Origin: Macrostomum lignano
Lineage: Eukaryota
DNA: 64,000 bases
Assembly: GCA_002269645.1 (NCBI GenBank)
Contig: NIVC01000010.1
Location: forward strand, 2,232,001 to 2,296,000
Direction of reading: 5' to 3'
The translations under genes and the position numbers were made by a program. Below are positions 14,727 through 25,412 of this stretch, one piece after another (position 1 is the first letter of the stretch; each line of letters begins with the position of its first letter). Under the pieces are notes generated by a model. That model did not search any database. It saw only the letters and a list, made by a program, of their open reading frames with translations, and was not told the origin of the DNA.

Positions 14727-17700
14727 TCACTCGCAAGCCAGTTTGCCATCAAACGATGACAGGGCCACACCAAAGGCCTGCAGAGCGCACATTGGATAGG
14801 CGAAGTCCATGGTGAAAATGTCATCGGAAATGCGACCGAACTGCATCACGATGTAGTCGACTGTGAAAGTGCAGGGAGCGGTTTATAGATACAGAGAGTG
14901 TACATGCCTAAAAACTATTAGAAAGTCAAACTTTCGTTACTCACCATCGTTGTCGTGAACGACTTGGAAATTTTTCACCGAAGCTTGAGTAACTCGACCG
15001 TGAAAGTTGAGCACATAGGATTGCGTGTCTATGAATAGATCGAGATGTTTTGCGAAAGGTTTTTCTCAGTTTTAAATGCCAATGAAGGAGTTGCTAGGGC
15101 TATATATACTTCTCAAAATAGCGACATTGACTCTGTGATACTGTATAGACAGAGTGACATTGACTCTGTGATACTGCAGACAGAGTGACTTATATAGGCA
15201 CTGTAAATAGAGGTGGGAAAAATATTCTCGATGCAGTGAATTGACAGTATTGTAAAGAGTCGCACTTACCTTCATTCCAGACAGGAGTTTTATTGTGCAA
15301 CTCTAGCAAGTTGTTCATTTCCTTTCTCTTGTACCTGGCCAGCAGGCCGTCATCGTCCGACTTCGGACGGAGTTCGATCCTCTCCGAATCAGCGTTCATG
15401 CCCGGCAACAGGACGGTCATCTTCCTCGGGCCCCGGAAGCCCAGCACGTTGGTCTCGTAGGCGATCGCCGCCAACTCTCTACGCGCCAACTCGCCGCTTT
15501 TCTTAGGCGCCTCGCCGTTGTCAAACACGGTGAAACCAGTGCCAAAAAAATTGCCGCGCAATTTGCCAACGAAACTTTCGCCGGCACGTTTCAGATCTGT
15601 CGGGTCGCAAGAGATCAGGTAGTTCGCGGTGGACGAGTGGCGGCGCTTCCTAGCGGCCAGCAGAAAGATTTTCTTGCCATCATCGCGTTCCATGTGCAGG
15701 TAGTAAGTCGGGTAGCGGGTCCGCTCGATGCCCCGCGTGTCTCGAGTGATGCGGCCTTTGATTACGCAACCCTGAGGTGCCGGTCGAAGCACGAACTCTT
15801 CCAGATCTTCGGTTGGATCCGGGATCAGATTGGCCAGACGGGAAGCGGTGCCCAGCTTCTGTTGGCTGCGGCGTGACTCCTAAGGTGGGGTTGTGTTCGC
15901 CATTTGCACATTGTTGCTGGGGTCATAGATGCTTTTATTGCAACCTCACACAGTTTATGATCTCAGTCATAGATGCTTTTATTGCAACCTCACACAGTTT
16001 ATGATCTCAGTCATAGATGCTTTTATTGCAACCTCACACAGTTTATGATCTCAGTCATAGATGCTTTTATTGCAACCTCACACAGTTTATGATCTCAGTC
16101 ATAGATGCTTTTATTGCAACCTCACACAGTTTATGATCTCAGTCATAGATGCTTTTATTGCAACCTCACACAGTTTATGATCTCAGTCATAGATGCTTTT
16201 ATTGCAACCTCACACAGTTTATGATCTCAGTCATATTACGAGACGCGAGACGCCTTAGCAACAGACATGTGTAAGACAAGAAAACGATTCAAAATATGTA
16301 CATTATTTTAATCTTTTTAGCTCAGTGAAATTCAAAGAAATCCAATTCCTAAGAGATTTACGTGCATAGAAAATTGAAAAGGAAATTAATTATTCAATTC
16401 CTATTAGTCAGTCCAGCATTCGGTCACGAAATTTGACAGTTAAATCTGATCGGAAATGACGTGCTTTAACTTCATCAAAGAATTATTTAATTAACAAAGA
16501 CAGCCTTTGAAGGCTTTATAAAGAACTCCATGAATGACTGGTCAGTCCTATTCCAGATCGCACATCTAGAACTCCATGAATGACTGGTCAGTCCTATTTC
16601 AGATCGCACATCTAGAACTCCATGAATGACTGGTCAGTCCTATTCCAGATCGCACATCTAGAACTCCATGAATGACTGGTCAGTCCTATTCCAGATCGCA
16701 CATCTAGAACTCCATGAATGACTGGTCAGTCCTATTCCAGATCGCACATCTAGAACTCCATGAATGACTGGTCAGTCCTATTCCATATCGCACATCTGGA
16801 ACTCCATGAATGACTGGTCAGTCCTATTCCAGATCGCACATCTAGAACTCCATGAATGACTAGTCAGTCCTATTCCAGATCGCACATCTAGAACTCCATG
16901 AATGACTGGTCAGCCCTATTCCAGATCGCACATCTAGAACTCCATGAATGACTAGTCAGTCCTATTCCAGATCGCACATCTAGAACTCCATGAATGACTG
17001 GTCAGTCCTATTCCAGATCGCACATCTAGAACTCCATGAATGGTCATCCAGTCGGCAGTTACAGTGAATTGCTAATCCTACCTTAACCCCGAATTCTCCT
17101 CTCCTCCCACAGACTGCAGCAGCAGAGTTAACAAAGGCATTGGCAAACAAAGGTTTAATAGACAAAGGTGAGCTCTTGTGGACCTCGGCTCTACCAGATC
17201 TGCCAACACAGACAGAGAGGGGAGTAGTGAAGAGTGTCTGCTAAACTGCTAAAGCTCTTTTTATGACATTTTTAAAGTACTAAATAAGTACAATGCAGTG
17301 TCGGCACTGTAGGAAGTCCTTCAGATATAGAACACTACATACTGTACGAATTTATAAATTACTATCATATATAGTAATATGGCTTGTAATTAGAATAATT
17401 TACACAAATTTATATTACTAGCTCGTAGATCTCAAGAATCCAATGAACGCATTCAGGAGTGTACAGCGGTCCTAACTTTATTTATCGTTAGGCATGTACA
17501 TGTACACTTCACTGTGCCTAGACAACTGGGCTTACGTCCCTTACTTAGAATCAACCGATAGTGTATGTAATAAAGAATTGCAGAGAAATATCTAAAAATA
17601 GAAACATATAGCTCGTATACACTTGCAACGCACTGCTAAAGATGTGGACTTTACCTTGGTAGGATCTACCATCTATTTCTATTAAAGTTACTCTCGAATT

Positions 17701-20700
17701 CGAACCCAGAAGCTTGGTTAACTTTGTGACTGTCGCTCCAAAATTTCAAACAATTCTATCCTACAGTCTTAACCCGCAATATCTAAATTCCCTCTCGAAC
17801 TTCCTTCTCCTCTCCTCTTCTCGATAAACCAGTGGGTGGCTTCAAAGCACAGGGAGAGGTGGGCTAACGCCCCAGACTGCCGGCAATCCCGCGCAGCTGT
17901 CCCATGTCCTTCCTCCGCCCTGCGCAGGGCCCTGCTTGGACTCAACCGCAGGGACATCAGGGCGGTGACCATGGCCCCCTCGAATCATGGCTGTTTTGCC
18001 AAGCATCGTCACCTCCAGGGAAAAATCCGCAGTGAGGAATGCCCATTCTGCCCCTACGGTGTCGAGAATGCGGAGCACTTTATCTGTGAATGCCCCGCCT
18101 TTACTAATGACAGGCTCACCTACCTCGGCCCAAACCCGGACCTCTCCGACGTTTTCAGGCCCGAGAATCTCTGCCAGCTCGGGCTACCGGGCGAGCGACC
18201 ATCCACCTCCTGGACTCTCCGAAGGAGGACCGCGCTGCGGACACCGGCAGCACCGGATCTCACTGCGCAACACCGCAGCACCAGCTGCCCGCGGTCGCCA
18301 GGGGTTGGCAAAATGGGCGGCAACGCCTCCTCGCTGCATCCGGATGCACGGAGCCCCCCTGCAGCTAAGTCAAGATCCTCAAAGAGGATTCAAACCCGGG
18401 ACCACTGAGTAGAACAGGGAGCAGCCCGCCAACTTACATCTGTCGCGGAGTCCAGCCGCACGCCGTGATTCCGGATGCTGTCCATGGATTTGTTCCGCGG
18501 GATCGGCCCAACCTGGGTCTCGTCCTCGTCGCTCACGTCGCTCACATCGTCGTCCAGATTGCCGCGGCGACCACCGCCGGCGGCGCCTTCATCTTCATCA
18601 TCATCTTCGTCGTTGTCATCCTCGTCATCTCGACGCCGTCGAGCCTGCCGCTGCTTGCCGCCAGCGTCCTGCGGACTCGACGATCTCTGCCGGCGTCTGT
18701 CGTCGCGGCCGTCGACAGTCAGTCGATCGGGACCGCGGCGTCGCGGCGCCTGGCGACTGTCTCGACGATCTTCATCATCGTCATCGTCGTCGTCGTCGCT
18801 TCGTCTGCCGCCGCCGCCGGACCTTCTTGGCGGCCCCCTTGACGGTGAAGCCGACGAAATTCGAGTCTCTTCCGGTCGTTTCTTGTTGCGCCGATCGCTG
18901 GAAGCGCCTCTGTCGCCTCTGTCGCCTCTGCTTTTGCCGCCGCTGCCGCCGCCGCTTCGTCCGCGGTCTTTGCTGTCGCTATCGGACGAGTCGTAGTCTT
19001 TGGATTCGCCCTGCGGCGAGGCGTCGATTTTCAGCACGTGCACCCGGGTGGTGACGCCGTCCGGGTTGGCCATCTGGTAGGACTGCGGACCGTCGTAGGC
19101 TGCAAAACGGAGCATGAAAAAACATATCTGGACTGGACGTGACAGTCGGAATGAAAGGGAGAGTGGCGAGGAAGAGAGGGAGTCAGGGAGAGGGAGATAT
19201 GGAGATAGAGGGGAGAGAGGAGGGATGGAGAAGAGAGGAAAGAGTTGGAGAGTGAGTAGAAGGAAAGAAAATGAGGCATGGAGATCATGAGATAGGGGAG
19301 AGGTAGAAGGGAGGGGTAGAGGAGAGATGTAGAGGGGAAGGGTAGAGGGAAAGGTTAGGGGGGAGAGGTAGAGGTGAGGGGTAGAGAGGAAGCGTAGAGG
19401 GGAGTGGTGGAGGGGAGTGGTAAGAGGTAGAGAGGTACAAGGTAGACAGCAGAAGGAGAGGGACGAAGAGAGGGGATTTCCTCACCGAAATGCGATCTGT
19501 CGCGACTCCGCTCTCTCCCGGAGGGTGAAGCGGCGGCCCCAACAACCAGAGGCGACCGCTCATTCTCCTTGCCAGCGCTGCGCCTGCCGCTGTTGGGCCG
19601 CAGGTCGTTTTTTTGCACAATGCCAGTAGAGGTGGCCATGCGCTTCTGGGCCTTGCGCTGGGCCAATTCCATCTGCTTGCGATTTCTCTGATCGCGAAGT
19701 TCGTCTTCGTCCATTACGCTGGGGACGAGAGGGAACGGGGGTGCTTGCGGTTTTCGATATGGATTGCTGTAGGTGGCAGATTGACTTGTAGGGGATGTAG
19801 GGTGCTGTAGGGGGGCATCTGCTGCTGTAATTTGTTGTGTCATGAGTGCTGTAGGTTCTGTACGTTTTTTATGTAAACTACTGTAGGATTCTGTAGGATG
19901 CTGTAATGTATAGTACTGTAGGTTTCTGTATTGTAATGTAGAGGGTGCTGTATAGTACTGTAGGGTGCTGTATAGTACTGTAGGGTGCTGTATAGTACTG
20001 TAGGGTGCTGTATAGTACTGTAGGGTGCTGTATAATACTGTAGGGTGCTGTATAGTACTGTAGGGTGCTGTATAGTACTGTAGGGTGCTGTATAATACTG
20101 TAGGGTGCTGTATAGTACTGTAGGGTGCTGTATAGTACTGTAGGGTGCTGTATAATACTGTAGGGTGCTGTATAGTACTGTAGGGTGCTGTATAATACTG
20201 TAGGGTGCTGTATAATACTGTAGGGTGCTGTATAGTACTGTAGGGTGCTGTATAGTACTGTAGGGTGCTGTATAGTACTGTAGGGTGCTGTATAGTACTG
20301 TAGGGTGCTGTATAGTACTGTAGGGTGCTGTATAATACTGTAGGGTGCTGTATAGTACTGTAGGGTGCTGTATAATACTGTAGGGTGCTGTATAATACTG
20401 TAGGGTGCTGTATAGTACTGTAGGGTGCTGTATAATACTGTAGGGTGCTGTATAATACTGTAGGGTGCTGTATAGTACTGTAGGGTGCTGTATAGTACTG
20501 TAGGGTGCTGTTGTCGCCAACCTGACTATACTCTCTTTACCTTCCGGGTGGAACAAAGGACTTATCGTTGCTGTACAGGCTCTCAAAGCTTGGCGCCTTT
20601 GGAATGGATCTGAAATTTAAAAAGCAATATTTTTTATTACTTTAGCTTGTTCATCAACTAAAGTATAACAAATAACACAAATAACATATAACAAAATATG

Positions 20701-20766
20701 AAATATAGCTTACTTCACGTCTAAATGATTAGCATAATTACTTCTACTGGAGACTGGTCGTTCCAT
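14727..20766 (-). CDS. TUB: Tubby/TULP-family protein, 7 exons, 614 aa
   Basis: Exons 20766-20714, 20609-20541, 19718-19486, 19099-18438, 15879-15270, 15028-14945, 14860-14727; all GT-AG and phase-consistent (1845 nt). Tubby domain: [75 protein letters not shown]-terminal [16 protein letters not shown] matches the TUB N-terminus. The first two exons are less certain; TUB versus TULP orthology is not resolved. Confidence 0.95.
15922..16236. repeat. 44-bp minisatellite, about 7 copies, in tubby intron 4
   Basis: Unit GTCATAGATGCTTTTATTGCAACCTCACACAGTTTATGATCTCA. Confidence 0.95.
16522..17042. repeat. 46-bp minisatellite, about 11 copies, in tubby intron 4
   Basis: Unit AGAACTCCATGAATGACTGGTCAGTCCTATTCCAGATCGCACATCT. 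Confidence 0.95.
17790..18400 (+). mobile_element. 5'-truncated, frameshifted fragment of a second LOA-like non-LTR retrotransposon (ORF2 C-terminus)
   Basis: [13 protein letters not shown]...CRQSR...LNRRDIR...NHGCF...[21 protein letters not shown] aligns by eye to [13 protein letters not shown]...YRQSR...LNRTDLR...GHGFF...[21 protein letters not shown] of ORF2 at 1318-5136. Ends approximate; no tail or TSD seen. Confidence 0.85.
19142..19480. repeat. Purine-rich (GA/G) low-complexity tract filling tubby intron 3
   Basis: Direct observation. Confidence 0.85.
19850..20510. repeat. 20-bp minisatellite (TAGTACTGTAGGGTGCTGTA) in tubby intron 2, degenerate at its left end
   Basis: Near-perfect copies from about 19942 to 20509. 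Confidence 0.95.
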
Positions 20767-21590
20767 GTCCTTTATAGCTAAGTAATTATTCTCAAAAACC
20801 TGTCTATTTTAGTTTTAAAACAAGAAAACTTTAAAGAGAAAACGCCCGGGTTCACAGTTAATCCTAGAGATTAGCTTCAGCTGAACGTCTCTAAGCAGAC
20901 CTTTTATTTCAGATTTGCAAGAGCCTGGCTTGATAAGGGCGAATTGCAAACGGGTTTGACGTTTTAGAGAGAGAGAAGGGAGAAGAGGGCGACAACGGAG
21001 AGGGAGACAAGGACGAAAACTCTGGACGGAAAGAGTAGAGTGGGTGGGGAAGGAAGGGATAGACGCTGAGAGGAGGAGGCGATAGGGCCATGCGTGTATT
21101 TACAGTTCTTGCAGCGATCCACTGTCGGCCTAATCTACAGCGATTTCAATTTGATTCCCTATACGACCCTGACAGTGGAGGTCTGATCCGATCGCCAATC
21201 TATACGTGCACGAGAACTTCTAGTCTGGCTAATAAAAAATGCTGTACCCAGAGCAAGCAAGTACTGTGAAATAAAAAAACTGTGCACCCTGGGGAGTAGA
21301 CTTTGGGGAACAAAGGCTTAGATACAAAAACCAGAGACAGCACGATTTTAAAACTATGAAACTAGGATCCCAATTTGCTGAATAATTTAATGACACAGGC
21401 TTCCAGTCTGCTCAAATTTTGAGCACTACACTTCTATATAGTAGAGTAGAGTATTACCATGCAACGCTTCGGGGAAGGTGAATGTAAAGCACGATTCTCT
21501 CTTACTGAATGCTTATTGTACTTTTTAATCAGGATTTAACGCTATTGATATAATCCGATCGGATTTTAAAAACTAAAGTGTTCTGTGCTG

Positions 21591-23836
21591 AGCCGCCCGC
21601 CACTCTTGCTGACTCTTTGATAAGCCGCCACTCTCACCAACTCTTTGATAAGCCGCCACTCTTGCCGACTCTTTGATAAGCCGCCACTCTTGCTAAATCT
21701 TTGATAAGCCGCCACTCTTGCTGACTCTTTGATAAGCCGCCACTCTTGCTGACTCTTTGATAAGCCGTCACTCTTACTGACTCTTTGATAAGCCGCCACT
21801 CTTGCTGACTCTTTGATAAGCCGTCACTCTTGCTGACTCTTTGATAAGCCGTCACTCTTACTGACTCTTTGATAAGCCGCCACTCTTGCTGACTCTTTGA
21901 TAAGCCGTCACTCTTGCTGACTCTTTGATAAGCCGTCACTCTTACTGACTCTTTGATAAGCCGCCACTCTTGCTGACTCTTTGATAAGCCGCCACTCCTG
22001 CTGACTCTTTGATAAGCCGCCACTCCTGCTGACTCTTTGATAAGCCGCCACTCTTGCTGACTCTTTGATAAGCCGCCACTCTCACCAACTCTTTGATAAG
22101 CCGCCACTCTTGCTGACTCTTTGATAAGCCGTCACTCTTACTGACTCTTTGATAAGCCGCCACTCTTGCTGACTCTTTGATAAGCCGTCACTCTTGCTGA
22201 CTCTTTGATAAGCCGTCACTCTTACTGACTCTTTGATAAGCCGCCACTCTTGCTGACTCTTTGATAAGCCGCCACTCTTGCTGACTCTTTGATAAGCCGT
22301 CACTCTTACTGACTCTTTGATAAGCCGCCACTCTTGCTGACTCTTTGATAAGCCGTCACTCTTGCTGACTCTTTGATAAGCCGTCACTCTTACTGACTCT
22401 TTGATAAGCCGCCACTCTTGCTGACTCTTTGATAAGCCGCCACTCTTGCTGACTCTTTGATAAGCCGCCACTCCTGCTGACTCTTTCATAAGCCGCCACT
22501 CCAGCTGACTCTTTGATAAGCCGCCACTCTTGCTGACTCTTTGATAAGCCGTCACTCTTGCTGACTCTTTGATAAGCCGCCACTCTTGCTGACTCTTTGA
22601 TAAGCCGCCACTCTTGCTGACTCTTTGATAAGCCGTCACTCTTACTGACTCTTTGATAAGCCGCCACTCTTGCTGACTCTTTGATAAGCCGTCACTCTTG
22701 CTGACTCTTTGATAAGCCGCCACTCTTGCTGACTCTTTGATAAGCCGTCACTCTTACTGACTCTTTGATAAGCCGCCACTCTTGCTGACTCTTTGATAAG
22801 CCGTCACTCTTGCTGACTCTTTGATAAGCCGTCACTCTTACTGACTCTTTGATAAGCCGCCACTCTTGCTGACTCTTTGATAAGCCGCCACTCTTGCTGA
22901 CTCTTTGATAAGCCGCCACTCCTGCTGACTCTTTCATAAGCCGCCACTCCAGCTGACTCTTTGATAAGCCGCCACTCTTGCTGACTCTTTGATAAGCCGT
23001 CACTCTTGCTGACTCTTTGATAAGCCGCCACTCTTGCTGACTCTTTGATAAGCCGCCACTCTTGCTGACTCTTTGATAAGCCGTCACTCTTACTGACTCT
23101 TTGATAAGCCGCCACTCTTGCTGACTCTTTGATAAGCCGTCACTCTTGCTGACTCTTTGATAAGCCGCCACTCTTGCTGACTCTTTGATAAGCCGTCACT
23201 CTTACTGACTCTTTGATAAGCCGCCACTCTTGCTGACTCTTTGATAAGCCGTCACTCTTGCTGACTCTTTGATAAGCCGCCACTCTTGCTGACTCTTTGA
23301 TAAGCCGTCACTCTTACTGACTCTTTGATAAGCCGCCACTCTTGCTGACTCTTTGATAAGCCGTCACTCTTACTGACTCTTTGATAAGCCGCCACTCTTG
23401 CTGACTCTTTGATAAGCCGTCACTCTTACTGACTCTTTGATAAGCCGCCACTCTTGCTGACTCTTTGATAAGCCGCCACTCTTGCTGACTCTTTGATAAG
23501 CCGCCACTCTTACTGACTCTTTGATAAGCCGCCACTCTTACTGACTCTTTGATAAGCCGCCACTCTTGCTGACTCTTTGATAAGCCGTCACTCTTACTGA
23601 CTCTTTGATAAGCCGCCACTCTTGCTGACTCTTTGATAAGCCGTCACTCTTACTGACTCTTTGATAAGCCGCCACTCTTGCTGACTCTTTGATAAGCCGC
23701 CACTCTTGCTGACTCTTTGATAAGCCGCCACTCTTACTGACTCTTTGATAAGCCGCCACTCTTGCTGACTCTTTGATAAGCCGCCACTCTTGCTGACTCT
23801 TTGATAAGCCGCCACTCTTACTGACTCTTTGATAAG
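21591..23836. repeat. 28-bp satellite (AAGCCGCCACTCTTGCTGACTCTTTGAT), about 80 copies
   Basis: Direct tandem copies with variant units. Confidence 0.98.
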
Positions 23837-24501
23837 TTTAAATTCTATAAGAAATATATTCCTAATTAAAACAAACGAAGTCTTCTGTTCAATAAGCATG
23901 CTCAACTTACAAAGTATCAGTCTGAAAATAACTGGTCTGAGAGGTAAAGCCAATCCAATTATCTAGCAACTCCATTTCATATTAAAATTGAAAGCATTGG
24001 CAGAATATAGGTGAAAATGGATAAAGCTGAGAGCAAAATCTAATTTGAGTATCGAATGAAAAATCACTAAAAAGATTATAGAATAATAACTTACTCGAAT
24101 AGCAGAATATCCATTTCAAAATAGTGACAATTAGCAGAGCTAAGCAAGAAGAGGGCGGTGAAGATAAGCAGACGGCTCTTTCTAGGTTTAGAATAGTAAA
24201 CATAATTCCAGAATTTATGGGCAGTGTTGTTTTCGCCTCCATTCTGTAGCCTCATGCCGAAAATGACCCGATCTATAAATAGATTATTCTTTGCTCAAAG
24301 CGAGTTAGGGGCAATCACAGAATTACGCATCACAATGATGAAGATGAAAAACACAGACTCATAATGTTGTCTGACATGAATACGCAGTTAACTCAATAAG
24401 CGGTGACAAATGTTATTGGTTACAAGTCTAGTCTAAAAGCTATGATTGACGAATCTTAAGTAAATAATTACAAAAATACACTGGAATATCACTTATTATT
24501 C

Positions 24502-25412
24502 TGTCCTTCAGCGACAGCCCCTGTTGTCCTTCAGCGACAGCCCCTGTTGTCCTTCAGCGACAGCCCCTGTTGTCCTTCAGCGACAGCCCCTGTTGTCCTT
24601 CAGCGACAGCCCCTGTTGTCCTTCAGCGACAGCCCCTGTTGTCCTTCAGCGACAGCCCCTGTTGTCCTTCAGCGACAGCCCCTGTTGTCCTTCAGCGACA
24701 GCCCCTGTTGTCCTTCAGCGACAGCCCCTGTTGTCCTTCAGCGACAGCCCCTGTTGTCCTTCAGCAACAGCCTCTGTTGTCCTTCAGCGACAGCCCCTGT
24801 TGTCCTTCAGCGACAGCCCCTGTTGTCCTTCAGCAACAGCCCCTGTTGTCCTTCAGTGACAGCCCCTGTTGTCCTTCAGCGACAGCCTCTATTGTCCTTT
24901 CAGAGAAAGCTCATGTTGTCTTGCAGAGAAAACCCCTGTTGTCTTGCAGAGAAAACCCCTGTTGTCTTGCAGAGAAAACCCCTGTTGTCTTGCAGAGAAA
25001 ACCCCTGTTGTCCTTCAGAGAAAACCCCTGTTGTCCTTTAGAGAAAACCCCTGTTGTCCTTTAGAGAAAACCCCTGTTGTCCTTTAGAGAAAACCCCTGT
25101 TGTCCTTTAGAGAAAACCCCTGTTGTCCTTTAGAGAAAACCCCTGTTGTCCTTTAGAGAAAACCCCTATTGTCTTGCAGAGAAAACCCCTGTTGTCCTTT
25201 AGAGAAAACCCCTGTTGTCCTTTAGAGAAAACCCCTGTTGTCCTTTAGAGAAAACCCCTGTTGTCCTTTAGAGAAAACCCCTGTTGTCCTTTAGAGAAAA
25301 CCCCTGTTGTCCTTTAGAGAAAACCCCTATTGTCTTGCAGAGAAAACCCCTGTTGTCTTTCAGAGAAAACCCCTGTTGTGCTTCAGAGAAAACCCCTGTT
25401 GTGCTTCAGCAA
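24502..25412. repeat. 23-bp minisatellite with two unit domains (...CAGCGACAGCCC then ...TAGAGAAAACCC)
   Basis: Shared core CTGTTGTCCTT; the variant switches at about 24900. Confidence 0.95.

Noticed and set aside
21591-23836. CRISPR-like appearance of the 28-46 bp arrays
   Set aside because: Units are head-to-tail with no unique spacers, there are no cas genes, and the context is eukaryotic. The inserts in the 16-bp array are two copies of one MITE.
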